Assembly: GCA_963666975.2 (NCBI GenBank)
Contig: CAXVYR010000003.1
Location: 1,152,001 to 1,216,000 of the forward strand
DNA from: Terriglobia bacterium
GTDB lineage: Bacteria; Acidobacteriota; Terriglobia; 2-12-FULL-54-10
Direction of reading: 5' to 3'
DNA: 64,000 nucleotides
Both the position numbers and the translations under genes were made by a program. Numbering within the stretch: position 1 is the first letter of the stretch; every line of letters begins with the position of its first letter. The notes beneath the pieces were generated by a model. That model saw only the letters and a list, made by a program, of their open reading frames with translations. It searched no databases and had not been told where the DNA came from. Shown in pieces: positions 10,573 through 21,497 of this stretch.

Positions 10573-11881
10573 TTGAAAGGGGTTTCGACGCGGAACTACC
10601 GCGAGGTGATCCCGGAGATGGCCAACAGCGCTGGGGTGTCGAAGTCTCAGGTGAGCCGGGAAGCGGCCGAGCAAGGAGCGCGGCGGCTGGAAGAACTGTT
10701 GGCGCGGCGCTGGGAGGAGGTCGAGATTCTGGTGATTTACCTGGACGGAATGCGGTTCGGCTCCCACCACGTCATCAGCGCCGTGGGCGTGGACATCGAG
10801 GGCCGCAAGCATGTGCTGGGGATTCAACTGGGCGCGACCGAAAACGCCGCTGCGGTGAAAGACCTTCTCACCCGCCTGCGCCAGCAAGGTTTGCGCACGG
10901 ATCAGCGCTATCTGTTTGTGATCGACGGCGCCAAAGCGCTCCGCGCGGGGATCGAGGAAGTATTCGGCAGCAATCAGCTGGTGCAGCGTTGCCGTACTCA
11001 TAAGCTGCGCAACGTGGCTGAGCGGTTACCAAAGGGCGACAAAATGCTGGCGAATCAGGTGCGGTCGCTGATGCGCGCCGCCTGGCGATTGCCCCAAGCC
11101 GAGGAAGGCATCGTGCGCATAAAAAAGCTCGCTGGGATGATCGAGTGCGATCATCCGGCAGCAGCCGCCAGCTTGCGCGAAGGGTTGGAGGAGACCTTTA
11201 CGATCAATCGAGCCGACGTTCCTCCCAGCCTCCACCGCTGCCTGGCAACCACGAACCTCATCGAGAGCCCGCAGTCGGGCGTGCGGAAAAAGACTGGCAA
11301 TGTTTGCCGCTGGCGCGACGGCGAGATGACGTTGCGCTGGGTGGCAGGAGCGTTTCTGCTGACCGAGAAGAATTTCCGGAAGATCATGGGTTATCACGAT
11401 CTCTGGGCTTTGGCATCGATTCTCGGCCGAAGTCCAAACGCTGCTTCCTCTCACAAGGAGAAAGTGGCGTAATATGAACTCAACCCGCCGTCCCAACCTG
11501 CAACTGAGTTTGGGACACCTTCCGCTTGGCGGCAAGAAGGCCTCGCAACTCAACACTAAGCTCGCGTCCTTCTCCTGTCAAATTGGTGGCAGCCAGATTT
11601 GCGAACATGTACGCCTGGATGTAGTTCTGCGCAACGCCTTGGCCGCGCCGGTACGCATCCCCCAAGAAGAACTGTGCGTTGGCATTCCCCTGCTCGGCAG
11701 CCCTGCGCCACCACCGCACCGCTTCAGCATAGTCCTGCGGAACGCCTTGGCCCATGTCGTACAATATCCCCAATCTGGACTGTGCGTTGGCATTCCCCTG
11801 CTCGGCAGCCCTGCGCCACCACCGCACCGCTTCAGCATAGCCCTGCGGAACGCCGTAGCCTAAGACGTATATATACGACAA

Positions 11882-13211
11882 CATTGCTGTCCGGTTAAAA
11901 CTCGAACAGAATCAACTGGTTGGGATTTCTGACTAAATCGTCTGGGGAGCCCGATGCTTCCAAGGCCTGTAAAATGGGTACTTTCTCGAAAAGAGTAACA
12001 CTGAGAATCTGTAAAATTTGGTAAAGGCTGGCTTCCAAACCGAGACGCTTCCGGACAATGGCCACGAGTACATAGATCGAAACGGCGATCCAGATTTGAG
12101 TCTTCACGGCGTTTTGGCTGGTGCCATAGAATGCCTTGATTCGCAGGTGCTGCTTGATCCATTTGAAGAACAGTTCCACCTGCCAGCGGCACTTGTAGAT
12201 TTGAGCGATAGTGAGTGCGGGTAGCACGAAATTGTTGGTAAGAAACTTCAGGCGCTTGTTTGTTTCTGCATCGAAGTACGTAACGCGCCGTAGCGGATCG
12301 GGGTATGCCCTGGCCGAGGCGTTCCCGGTCAGGATCACGGTATGATCGGATCGCAAGCCGCTGGTTCTGTCTGCTGGATGAGAATAGCGGCGTTGGAGCA
12401 AGACGTTCTCTTTCGTCCGCACGACGAAAAATGCGGAGCAGAGTGTGAAGACAAAGAGTCGCTCGAAGTCGATGTAGCCGCGATCCATCACGTAGAACGC
12501 GCCCGCTTCCGGAACGATCTCGTCGAGGATGTTGACATCGTGCACGGCACCGGCCGTGACGCGGAGAAACGTGGGGATGTTGCCATGCAGGTCCAGCAGC
12601 GTATGCAGTTTGACGGCAGCCTTGTGTTGGCGGAATCGTGCCCACGGAAACAGCGAGAGGCAGAGGTCGATGGTGGTGGAGTCCAGCGCGTACAGGCTCT
12701 GATCCAGATCGACGCCGATCGGATCGCGCGCATACAAAGGCCGTGCGATGCCGATCAACACCTGGGCGAAGTCCGCGTAGATGCGCCAGTCGTGCGACTC
12801 GTTGGCATCGGCCAGTGTCGAGCGCGCCACGTTGCCGCGCAATCCGATGTGGTAGAGTTTGCTGGTCATGGAACGCAGACACGCCTCGATGTCGCGGAGA
12901 CTCTCGCGGTAAGTCAACTGAGCGAACGCCATCGCCAGAAACTGGTCCCAGCAAGAAAAGCTTCGCAGATGATCGTCGCCACGGTAGCGCGTGACGCATT
13001 TGTGAAACTCGTACGAGGGCACGTGATCCATAAGCTGAGCGAAAACGGTGCGACCGATGTTCATGCACTCTTCTGTCGCCTACCCCAGTCTTTACGTTCA
13101 AAGCCATTTTTCGCCCTCGCGGATTTCAAATCGAAAAATGCTCCAATGCCCGTAACCTTTTGCTCTCATGAGACTTGTTGGCTGTTCTGAAATTTTAGCC
13201 GGACAGCAGTG
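11882..13211 (-). mobile_element. IS4-family element, copy 1
   Basis: IRs CATTGCTGTCCGG / CCGGACAGCAGTG; 9-bp TSD ATACGACAA (11873-11881, 13212-13220). Confidence 0.95.
11895..13064 (-). CDS. IS4-family transposase (DUF4372 + DDE)
   Basis: LDSTTI, MDRGY, YKCRWQVELFFKWIKQHL. Confidence 0.95.
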   Translation of the reverse strand: MNIGRTVFAQLMDHVPSYEFHKCVTRYRGDDHLRSFSCWDQFLAMAFAQLTYRESLRDIEACLRSMTSKLYHIGLRGNVARSTLADANESHDWRIYADFAQVLIGIARPLYARDPIGVDLDQSLYALDSTTIDLCLSLFPWARFRQHKAAVKLHTLLDLHGNIPTFLRVTAGAVHDVNILDEIVPEAGAFYVMDRGYIDFERLFVFTLCSAFFVVRTKENVLLQRRYSHPADRTSGLRSDHTVILTGNASARAYPDPLRRVTYFDAETNKRLKFLTNNFVLPALTIAQIYKCRWQVELFFKWIKQHLRIKAFYGTSQNAVKTQIWIAVSIYVLVAIVRKRLGLEASLYQILQILSVTLFEKVPILQALEASGSPDDLVRNPNQLILFEF

Positions 13212-13979
13212 ATACGACAACTTGCTCTGTGCGTCGGCATTCCCCTGCTCAGCAGCTTTCCGGAACCACCTTGCCGCTTCCACATAGTCCTGTGTAACAC
13301 CGTAGCCCTCTAAGTACGAAAACGCCAAACTGTACTGTGCGTCGGCATCCCCCTGCTCGGCAGCTTTAAGATAATCCGATAACTTCTCCGACTCGTTCTG
13401 TGGACTGGATTGTGCCAGAACTGCGACCGACAGCAACGCCACGGCCAGGAATACTCGTGGGAAGAGCGTCATATATCCCTCGCCCAATCAGATTGCGCTA
13501 AGTTTACCACGGGGTTTCAGCTGTTCTTACGCTGTTTATCAGTTATCGACCAGCCTCTCACCTCTATCAGTAAAGGGTATCTGTGAGTGATCGGAAGGGG
13601 GAGGGGCGGGTCAAATATCTGGGCCGTTCTGCCGGGTACCGTTGTCCTCTTTTTTGTGCGCAGCTGCGAAATAGGGCAGGGGGGAGTGACCCAAGCCGAA
13701 CACGGTTTCAGATTATTTATGAAAAAGAAGATCAAATCGCTAACGCAAGCAGAAAAACCGCAATTTGCCCTTCGCGGTAGACAGGAAAAAGTTTCGAGTC
13801 AGAAATTTCCCCAGGTCTATACCAAAAAACTCCAAAGCTAAAAATCCCCCCACGCTGAAGCATAAAGGGGTACGGCGGTCTGACGAGTCCAAGGCACCCC
13901 CCCCTGCGCGGATTCCAAGGCCAAATATCTTCTAAGGAAATACCCAGAGTCCTGCCAATCACATCGAGGGTAATACAGT

Positions 13980-14690
13980 TCAGTGTATCGTCGCGCCACC
14001 GCAGCAGCGTTTGTATTTCTTCCCGGAACCACACGGACACGGATCATTCCGACCAATCTTACCAGTACCGCCGGGTTCGGGTATGTCGGTGCTTAGATAG
14101 TTCTGTCGCTCTGCTCTGAAGTGCCGGTAGGCTGCCAAGAGACCAGCCGCCATTCGCAAGGTGATGTCTTCCCGCTTTTCTTGTCTAATCGGCTTGGGCC
14201 GCATTCCAGGTTCTTCGTCGTGCTCGTGGTAGAGCATTAGAACAGGAATCATCCATCCGCCGTGTTTGTCACTGGTAATGAACTCGGCCCAACCCTCACG
14301 ACGCATTTCAACACCGCGCATGAAGCCGCGAGCCCAATCGTTACCAGGGCAGATGCCGCTCTCGTCCTCCAAGAGAATCGGCACATACACATCATCCTTG
14401 TACAGCGTTGCCGCAATCGCGTTCCAGTGCCGCATCATGAGGCCCAAGATGTCGTTAACTTCGTTGATTTCGTTGAACTCGCAAGTATCCGACATTGCCC
14501 CACCGAACACCTCCGGCAAGTATTCGCTTGGTGGTACGGTTTCTGGACCGGCAATAAGCGCAGCGAAGAATCCATCCAACTCCTCGATGTTCATCGCTCT
14601 ACCACCCTTGCACCCGCTCAAGAACTCTTCAAGGCGGTCGAGTTCGGCGTCCATCAGCGGTTTATTTTGGGCAAAACTCCTCATAGGCAT
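13980..14690 (-). CDS. UPF0149/YecA-family protein with SEC-C motif
   Basis: [20 protein letters not shown]-terminal [18 protein letters not shown]. Confidence 0.9.
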   Translation of the reverse strand: MPMRSFAQNKPLMDAELDRLEEFLSGCKGGRAMNIEELDGFFAALIAGPETVPPSEYLPEVFGGAMSDTCEFNEINEVNDILGLMMRHWNAIAATLYKDDVYVPILLEDESGICPGNDWARGFMRGVEMRREGWAEFITSDKHGGWMIPVLMLYHEHDEEPGMRPKPIRQEKREDITLRMAAGLLAAYRHFRAERQNYLSTDIPEPGGTGKIGRNDPCPCGSGKKYKRCCGGATIH

Positions 14691-14895
14691 ATCCTGGCAT
14701 ACTCAATAACTGTTTACAGCAACCCCTCGCCGGTAGTGACATCGCAGCGATCCGCAGCATTATGGCACACGCTGTACCGAGATTTGGCGTGCCTCACCAT
14801 TTCGCCGGCCAAATAGATGTATAACGCCCTAACTGGAAACTGAAACCTTTAACGCTAAAAACATGTGGTTTTCACCCAAGGAGTCCGGCTCGGCT

Positions 14896-15303
14896 TTACC
14901 GGGGGGCGGCTTTTGGCTTGGCTGCTGCGGAAGTAGAAGTTGTTTTTTTGCGCCGCTTTTGGGGTGCAGGTTTGGCGGGAGCCTCGCCAGGCAGTAGTTC
15001 AACCACCATGAGACTGGTGCTGAACTTCTTTGTGTCGTGGAGATCGAATTCTATGGTGGTGCGCTCGGCATTCGACGATGTGACTACACCGAGACCGTAC
15101 TGCTCGTGCCTAAGATACTGAGCTTGCCGGAGAATTTGAACAAAACCTCCTTGACTAACCCGGAAACTGGATGGCCTGACAACAACCAGGGGACACATTG
15201 CGTCGGAATTAACTTTGTGGCTCTCCGGCAGTTGATAGTATACACCCGTTTGCCCCCAGTGGAGCCCTCCTGAAGCCAATGTCGATGCTGAAACCCCCAT
15301 CAA
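14896..15303 (-). CDS. Small hypothetical protein (likely true start near 15141)
   Basis: QYLRHEQYGLGVV...TTIEFD...KKF SH3-like core with basic tail; GGAGG just upstream of 15141; the 5' part of the ORF overlaps an IS end. Confidence 0.5.
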   Translation of the reverse strand: MMGVSASTLASGGLHWGQTGVYYQLPESHKVNSDAMCPLVVVRPSSFRVSQGGFVQILRQAQYLRHEQYGLGVVTSSNAERTTIEFDLHDTKKFSTSLMVVELLPGEAPAKPAPQKRRKKTTSTSAAAKPKAAPR

Positions 15304-15361
15304 TATTGACGTTTTAAGCTAGCAGAAGCTTGCCGCTGTGTTTTCAAAATGGAAATGCGAG
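15255..15361 (-). mobile_element. IS1380 left-end remnant
   Basis: CATCAATATTGACGTT...TAGCAGAAG...TTTCAAA.TGGAAATGCG matches 10509-10570. Confidence 0.7.
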
Positions 15362-15373
15362 ATTAAGACTAAT

Positions 15374-16201
15374 TCATTTGGGCCAGCGTTGGTTACCGTC
15401 TGCCGGATCTCCTCGGCGCTTCGCCTCCGGCATGGCAGCCAGGTAATGGTTCAGGCCAGCAAGGGCTTCCGAGTAGCGATGCAGCCGGAGCAGAAGCATG
15501 GCTTTTTGCTTCAATTCGTCGAGCGATTCCGGATTAAGCGCGAGCGCCGTCTCTGTAATGTTCAAGGCACTGTGGAACTGTCGCGTATTCAGATAAATGC
15601 TCCGCAAGTTGTTCAACATACGGGTGACAATTTGCCGCTTGCCGACGCCTTCCAGATAGGACTTGTGAACCGGCACGGATTCTCCCAGCAACTGCTTCAT
15701 TTGCTCCCAGCAGTCCTCTTCTGTGCGAATGCGTCCTTTGGCAAAGGGGTCGATCAGGATTTTGCAGTGGGGATGCTTAACCAGAAAGTGTCCGGGCATA
15801 CCAACTCCAAACAGGGGAAATTTCAGCCGCCACGCGATCTCAAGGTAAACCGTAGAAAGGGTAATCGGGATTCCAGTTTTGCGCTCCAATACCTCGTTGA
15901 GAAAACTATTGCGGGGATCGTAGTAATCTTCGGAGTTTCCGGAAAATCCCTCTTCCTGGAACAGATATTGATTGATTTCGGCAATGATTTGCCGAGGATC
16001 CGCTGTGGAGCCGATGCGCTGCCGGACCGTTTCTGCCATGGTGTCCAGGCGGCGGATATATTTTCCCCGGTCCAGATCTGGATACTCGCCTGCGGCGATC
16101 AGCAAGGCCGCCTCCGCCAAGTCGATCCTTTCCTCCGGCTGCTGTATCAAGTCCCGCAACAGTTGGCGGGTTTGGGCATGTAGTTCCTGCCGATTTGTCA
16201 T
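15374..16201 (-). CDS. SirB1-family transglutaminase-like/TPR protein (3' end probably disrupted)
   Basis: YYDPRNSFLNEVLERKTGIPITLS, GVGMPGHF, IDPF, RMLNNL. Confidence 0.9.
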   Translation of the reverse strand: MTNRQELHAQTRQLLRDLIQQPEERIDLAEAALLIAAGEYPDLDRGKYIRRLDTMAETVRQRIGSTADPRQIIAEINQYLFQEEGFSGNSEDYYDPRNSFLNEVLERKTGIPITLSTVYLEIAWRLKFPLFGVGMPGHFLVKHPHCKILIDPFAKGRIRTEEDCWEQMKQLLGESVPVHKSYLEGVGKRQIVTRMLNNLRSIYLNTRQFHSALNITETALALNPESLDELKQKAMLLLRLHRYSEALAGLNHYLAAMPEAKRRGDPADGNQRWPK

Positions 16202-16264
16202 GGAAGACCTCTGGCTCCCGCCAATTGTTCCAAACCACGCAAGGTCATCAAAAGGCTGTTCACC

Positions 16265-16637
16265 TGACCAGACCGATCTTTTTTACCAGCATGACAGTGA
16301 GAGTTTACATCACAGCCGGGGCTGTAAAAGTGGTTTCATTGGCGGGAGAGGGCATAGATCCCCGGCGCCGGGGTCCTATAGCCGAGCGCCAAGTGCGGTC
16401 GAGGCGGACAATTCCCAGATTACTCCGCAAAGTCGCCTAAGTGGCGACCGATCCGGCGGGCAGGATAGGTCGCCACTACGCCGTTACACAGGATCTATCT
16501 TGGCCACTGCCACCTCAAATTGCCTCAACACCGTTACGATCTGCTCCGGTTTATACCTCGGCATCGGCATCTCTATATGTCCTCCTCCATGAGATTCTTT
16601 CTCACTTCGGTTGGTACAGAAATCCCCGGCTCGGTCA
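16265..16637 (-). mobile_element. Internally deleted IS3-family remnant
   Basis: TGACC-starting IRs at both ends; OrfA start MPRYKPEQIVTVLRQFEVAVA truncated at about 16495. Confidence 0.65.
16435..16493 (+). repeat. Recombination-site-like repeat, copy 2
   Basis: AGTGGCGACCGATCC-8bp-GGATAGGTCGCCACT dyad followed by ACGCCGTTACACAGGA. Confidence 0.7.
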
Positions 16638-16656
16638 GACGCTGGCCGGCGGCTTT

Positions 16657-16947
16657 CTAACTTCTATTCTTCCCACCGCCGCCCAGCTCCCCGATATCAA
16701 TCACCTTGCCGCCGCGCCGCACTTCCGGCAGTGACTCACGCTCCGGGGTTTGTGCGCCTTCGAGCTTCTCCATCTCCCGGCTCAGCACAAACAAATCCCG
16801 CTCTGCCTTCACAGCCGCTTTGATCACTGCCGCCTTTGGCGCGTAGCGCCGACGCAGATCGGACACAGCCACCACCACCTGCCCGTGGGCCTCGCTGATC
16901 CGGGCCAGCATTTCCTTCCGCTCGTCTTCGTTCAGGGCCTTACTCAT
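16657..16947 (-). CDS. Hypothetical protein
   Basis: 96-aa helical ORF with coding-like composition. Confidence 0.55.
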   Translation of the reverse strand: MSKALNEDERKEMLARISEAHGQVVVAVSDLRRRYAPKAAVIKAAVKAERDLFVLSREMEKLEGAQTPERESLPEVRRGGKVIDIGELGGGGKNRS

Positions 16948-17196
16948 GGCACCACTCTACCACCGCCGCGCCGGCGTCAGCCGCAAACCCTCTGATCGTT
17001 GTCCTTGTCCTTCTCACCGGCACCCTGGGTGCTTCCGCAATCTGGTGTTGTTAACTCTTTCCTATCTCCAACAAACAAAGTTGGTTATGCTAGTTTTACC
17101 ATACTTCAGAACTGCTGTAGCCATTTCTGCCATCAACATATTGAAGATTACAGGGTTATTCTGATTTCACCAACAGTCGATTGCGGAAGCACACTC

Positions 17197-17964
17197 TTAT
17201 TTCCTTTCTGTTACCGTGACCGGAGAACGAAGCTCGAAATCCAACACGGTCTCACTGGCGATAACGGCCGGTTCCCCCCGAGTGGCCAGAACAACACCCG
17301 TGCCAGCTCCCGCACCGGTAGCTGCGCCGATTCCGGCACCCTTTTTCCCGCCGACAATGGCGCCAATGGCGGCGCCTATTCCGCTGCCGATGGCTATTTT
17401 CGTGGCATCCTTGCTTTTCGTACTCTCTCCTTCCACGGCAATGGCATTGGTGGAGACGTCGATAGTCTGTCCGTCAGCTGTCTGCAACCGAGCAAGCTGA
17501 ATGGCGAGCCGAGCGACGCCTTTTACTCGGCCTCCTTCATCGGCCTCGACAATCTGCCCTTCGACCGTTGCGCCCTTGGGGGCAATTAACCAATCTCCTT
17601 CGACCAGGGGCTCTTCCAACGTCGCAGTGAAACTTTCCCCCACCTGGTGCGATTCCGTAGAAAGGGTGCTCGTAGTGCGGACCTTCAACCCAGTTCCTTC
17701 CGCCAGGGTGACAGTGCGGGGCTGCGGCGGAGCAATCTGCTCGGACACTTCGGACTCATTGGCCGACATCCTAGCCGGAGAAGAAGCCGTTGGAGGGGGT
17801 GCTGCGAACTCCATGACCGGGCTGCCAACGGGAGGAGCGGCGCTTTCAGTAGGGTCTTCTGAGCTATTGATCGGGCTGCTTGCCTGTTGACATCCCGCAT
17901 GCAGCACCACAACCGCAAAGGCCAATCTGACCCCCAAGAAAAAACCTGCCTTATCAACCTTCAT
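17197..17964 (-). CDS. Lipoprotein with glycine-zipper (TrbI-like beta) domain
   Basis: AAAGGAGG RBS, lipobox-like AGC, GIGAAIGAIVGGKKGAGIGAATGAGAG. Confidence 0.8.
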   Translation of the reverse strand: MKVDKAGFFLGVRLAFAVVVLHAGCQQASSPINSSEDPTESAAPPVGSPVMEFAAPPPTASSPARMSANESEVSEQIAPPQPRTVTLAEGTGLKVRTTSTLSTESHQVGESFTATLEEPLVEGDWLIAPKGATVEGQIVEADEGGRVKGVARLAIQLARLQTADGQTIDVSTNAIAVEGESTKSKDATKIAIGSGIGAAIGAIVGGKKGAGIGAATGAGAGTGVVLATRGEPAVIASETVLDFELRSPVTVTERK

Positions 17965-18157
17965 GGAACTACCTCCTTTAGATTATCCAATATACTGGTT
18001 ACCGACTTGGATTCGCCGGAAGAGACTCTGGCCCGGGCAATTCCAATCTACCCGGTAATGACAACTCTCATCTCCAATTATCCCGCGTTTACCCGCACGC
18101 GACTACCAACTTATTTCATGTTCCAGGGTTCATGGGACTACTCCCCCCCCGGCCAAC

Positions 18158-18330
18158 TGACAAGACCGATTTTTTGTACCAGCGGAAGTGAGAGTTTACA
18201 TCTCAGACTGGGGCTGTGAAACTGTTTTTGGTGCGGGATGGGGAGGGCTTGCTCTGCCCTGGAGCGGAAGGCGCAGCAATTGTCCAGGGGATCGGGACAG
18301 GGTCCTGTCTGCCCTAAAGCGAGTCCCTAA
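18158..18330 (-). mobile_element. IS3-family right-end remnant
   Basis: About 80 bp similar to 16265-16350 (TGAC.AGACCGAT...GTGAGAGTTTACATC...GGGGCTGT). Confidence 0.55.
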
Positions 18331-18389
18331 ACTGCTGACCACGGGCCTTCCCATCGGCTCTTGCAGACAACTCTCCATTCCTGGAGGAT

Positions 18390-18695
18390 ATCGGAATCGT
18401 TTTCTTGGGTGCCGCAGCCTGGGCTATCCCGACGGAAGCGGCAGTCCATCGATCCACCCCAGCATACTGGCAAACAGCCACCGCGTCAGATGGCTCTCCG
18501 CCAGCAGGAGCCAGTATTAACGTGCATGTCTTACGAGCCATCCTCCTGTTTTCACCAACCGCTGCTGCAAGCTCGTCAAGGACCAGTTCCCGATCCTCTG
18601 CGGCAATACCAAGCTTCGCCAAAGGTTCCCCAGATTATAGGCGATCACACTCAGTCACAGACGCACTTCATTGGATCGAAACCGATGGCAGCTTA
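18390..18695 (-). mobile_element. IS1380 3' remnant
   Basis: Diverged copy of 9102-9415 (TRLSCHRFRSNEVRL...SLQQRLVKTGG). Confidence 0.85.
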
Positions 18696-19519
18696 GCCGC
18701 GTCTTCCGGGAGCAGGTCCAGATGGATTTCCGCGTAGGTCTCCGTGCTACCGCGCCGCCCAACTCCCACGCCTGTTCGGACTGGATAGAGGCGCAAGACC
18801 GATCCGGCGGACACCACCACGTAATCGAGGTTCTCTTCATCTGCTTTGGCGAGCGCGTAGGAAACAGCCGAAAGGTGGGAGAATCGGGCGTTGGGCGCTT
18901 CCGGGGATTCGTTCCTCTCCAAGAAAACTGCGATGGCAACCTTGCTTTCCGCCGCCCGCAGAATGGAGGCCGGACCGGGCAGGGCTTCCAGAGAGAAGCC
19001 GAGTTTCTCTATCAGTGCCTTGCCCCTCAGCTTGAGCAGCGGCTGTGCCTGTCGCTTCGCTTCTTCCCAATCCGGTCTCTTCGGCACCCCGGACTCAAGC
19101 TCGTGCGTAGCAAACAGCCCCTCGTTTCTCAGGCCCGAAAGACGTGCCTCAACTTCTGGAATGGCAGAGTGAAGGAAGCGCAAGGCGGCATGGCGGTCGG
19201 GTTCCTCCAGCGCCGTCCGGCAGATGCGCTCAATCTTTCCTTGATCGAGATTCAGGAAGGCCGGGGGATTCTCACCTGCCGGGCCGCACAACGCCGCCTT
19301 GCCGTCGTAGAGAACCACCAAGACCTCAGGGCTTGCCCTGCCCCCGTGTCGCGCCCTCCAGACCGTCCTGAGCGTCCCTACCGTGGGCGCGCCCGTACTC
19401 TTGGCAATCGCCACTTCCAGGGCGTTTGCTCCCTTACCCAGGGCAAGACCTACGGGCCGGAGGCCGCGTGGCTCTGGCAGAGCCAGGGGGCGTAGATCAT
19501 GGTCTCCCAGAAAACCCAT
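18696..19519 (-). pseudogene. N-terminus of a large Eco57I-like restriction-modification protein, truncated by IS1380
   Basis: EPDRHAALRFL...GLRNEGLFATHEL...GVGRRGSTETY recalls N-termini of type IIG-like methylases; catalytic motifs absent. Confidence 0.5.
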
Positions 19520-19601
19520 CGGCAAGGCCGTAACCCTCGATTTCGCAAAAGTACCGGAAGGATAGCCTGCCGAATGGAGGGAATGCAATGGGGATTTGCG
19601 G

Positions 19602-19867
19602 CTAAGGTATGCACCTGCGAAGCCTGGGAGTGCTAATGCCGATAGATGCCCCATCGAGGCCCTTGACGAGCCGACCGATGGGCACCTTGAACACATCGCA
19701 GATGCGGAGAAGGGTGGTAACGGTGATCGGGCGGCCTGCCTCGATCTGTTGCCAGTGTCGAGCCGAAAAGCCGAAAGAAATCATATCCTCTTGGCTGTAT
19801 CCCCTGCTCTGCCGCAGTTTTCGGAGTCTTTGCCCCAAGGAGTGAAAAACTTCGCTTGATCTACCAC
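19602..19867 (-). CDS. XRE-family HTH regulator (controller-like), with apparent homopolymer frameshifts
   Basis: LGQRLRKLRQSRGYSQEDMISFGFSARHWQQIEAG. Confidence 0.75.
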
Positions 19868-19967
19868 ACGGATGCTTATAAAGTTTCACGAGCAAAAACA
19901 CCACGACCAGATTAGCGTGGGATCGCCAAATCAGAATGTGACTTGGACGCAAATCCGGGAGGGGCAA

Positions 19968-20999
19968 GTGGCGCACAATCTTCATATTGAGATCGGGACC
20001 GGCAAGGTTTCCATGATGTATGTCGGCGGAAGTCCTTGGCACGGACTCGGCACCAAGCTGGACAAGCCAGCCACGGCAAAGGAAGCGATTAAGGCTGCCG
20101 GTTTGGATTGGGAGGTTGAGAAAAGGCCGCTCCAAATGACGGGAGACGGAACTGCGGTTCCTATTGACGACAGATACGCGGTCGTTCGAAGCGATCTGTG
20201 GCGGCGAAGGACTAATAAAAACAATAGTACCCCAGAGGAATGCCCTGTGTTCGGAATCGTGGGCAAAGGATACACTCCGCTCCAGAACCGTGAGGCATTC
20301 TCGTTCTTTGACGACATTGTAGGAAAAGGAGCGGCGATATACCACACGGCCGGCGCATTGGGGCAAGGGGAACGCGTCTGGATACTGGCCAAGCTGCCGG
20401 ACTCGATCCGCGTGGCCGACGAGGACATTACGGACAAGTACCTGCTGTTGTCCAATAGCCATGACGGGGGCAGCGCGGTCCAGGTCAAGTTCACTCCAAT
20501 CCGGGTAGTGTGTGAGAACACGCTCACGATGGCCCTCCGCACGGGGACAACCGTTCGTGTGGCACATACCAAAGACGTTCGTCAGTGGCTCAAGGAGGCC
20601 GAAAGGATGCTCGGCTTGATCCATCGCCGCTACGAGGACCTAGAGAAAAAGTTCAAGGCTATGTCTCAAGTGAAAATGGATTCCGACCGTCTCGGGGAGT
20701 ACGTGAGTTTGGTTTTCCCCGAAGCAGAGGTTCAAGAAGAAAGGGCAGCACGAAGGGTCCAGCGGGAGCGCGCTCTTGCACAGCATTTTTTCGAGTCCGG
20801 AAAGGGGAACCAAATGAAGGGCGTTAAAGGAACGCTCTGGGCTGCGTACAACGGTGTAACCGAGTACGTAGACCACCGAGCGACAGGCGGCAAAGACCCT
20901 TCCAGCAGATTGGAATCGGTCTGGTTCGGAAATGGATACCTAATCAAGGTGCGCGCGTTCGAAATTGCGGAAAACAAGTTAGAGCCGTGGCGAGGCTGA
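19968..20999 (+). CDS. DUF932/DUF945 phage/plasmid-like protein
   Basis: MAHN...PWHGLG, AGLDWEV, YTPLQN, TAGAL, YLLLSNSHDG, TPIRVVCENT, GTLWAAYNGVTEY. Confidence 0.9.
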   Translation: MAHNLHIEIGTGKVSMMYVGGSPWHGLGTKLDKPATAKEAIKAAGLDWEVEKRPLQMTGDGTAVPIDDRYAVVRSDLWRRRTNKNNSTPEECPVFGIVGKGYTPLQNREAFSFFDDIVGKGAAIYHTAGALGQGERVWILAKLPDSIRVADEDITDKYLLLSNSHDGGSAVQVKFTPIRVVCENTLTMALRTGTTVRVAHTKDVRQWLKEAERMLGLIHRRYEDLEKKFKAMSQVKMDSDRLGEYVSLVFPEAEVQEERAARRVQRERALAQHFFESGKGNQMKGVKGTLWAAYNGVTEYVDHRATGGKDPSSRLESVWFGNGYLIKVRAFEIAENKLEPWRG

Positions 21000-21167
21000 G
21001 CCGGAGCGAAGAAGAAAGTTAAGGTAATTTGAATGCTGAGCGGCCCCGCATCTCGAAGGACGGGTATGCTAACCGAGCAGGTCTACATCACGATACCGGC
21101 GCCTTTGGCGGGTCGCCGGTCTGCCTTCGCTGCCTGAGAATATCTACCGTGCTTTGTCACGACCCGG

Positions 21168-21497
21168 TTATGCGCTCAATTCCTTCTCTCGCTCCTGAGC
21201 CCGATACCACGCGACTCGCTGCCGTCCTGCCTCCAACCGTGCCAATAATTCCTCGTCCCAAATATTGACACCGCCGCTGATGTCAGCGTTGATAGCTTGA
21301 ACCGCCTTGCCGTCCCGCCGGTCGGTGAGATACTTCATGGCGTCCAGTACGATCCTGCTATTGTGGCTGCGCAAAAGACGCTGCCAAATCTTCTCCTCGT
21401 CCACCGTCGCCAAGACTCCCTCGGCTTTCGACCGAGTTACCAGCGCCCTTGCTCCAGGTTTCCGACCAGCCCGCGTCCTTTTGCCGCCGTGAGTCAT
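21168..21497 (-). CDS. Terminase small-subunit-like protein
   Basis: HGGKRTRAGRKPG N-terminus, YLTDRRDGK, position downstream of a replication gene. Confidence 0.5.
   Translation of the reverse strand: MTHGGKRTRAGRKPGARALVTRSKAEGVLATVDEEKIWQRLLRSHNSRIVLDAMKYLTDRRDGKAVQAINADISGGVNIWDEELLARLEAGRQRVAWYRAQEREKELSA

Larger units (their letters stand above)
8695..11472 (+). pseudogene. IS256 transposase, split
   Basis: EALLK|GVSTRNY rejoins in frame once the IS1380 is removed. Confidence 0.9.
8597..11523 (+). mobile_element. IS256-family element interrupted by IS1380
   Basis: IRs GGAGGGTGTCCCA / TGGGACACCTTCC; flanking repeat (t/g)CTTGGCG; transposase halves 8695-9101 and 10573-11472 (GVSTR, YLDG, IDGAK, QRCRTH, TTNLIES). 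Confidence 0.9.
8521..13472 (-). pseudogene. Second Sel1-repeat gene interrupted by IS4 and IS256 (with nested IS1380)
   Basis: Pieces 13212-13472, 11524-11881 and 8521-8596 rejoin into a paralog of 7173-8066, with shared upstream and downstream flanks. Confidence 0.9.

Noticed and set aside
7173-13472. Diversity-generating retroelement (template and variable repeat) in the Sel1 duplicates
   Set aside because: No reverse transcriptase, differences are not adenine-specific, and the duplication covers the whole gene and flanks.
13520-13960. Possible replication or packaging-site remnants (G/C runs) here and at 6700-7100
   Set aside because: No recognisable ORF or defined motif; impression only.
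19602-19870. Programmed frameshifting in the XRE gene
   Set aside because: Both apparent shifts are single-base losses in T or G runs, typical of long-read errors.
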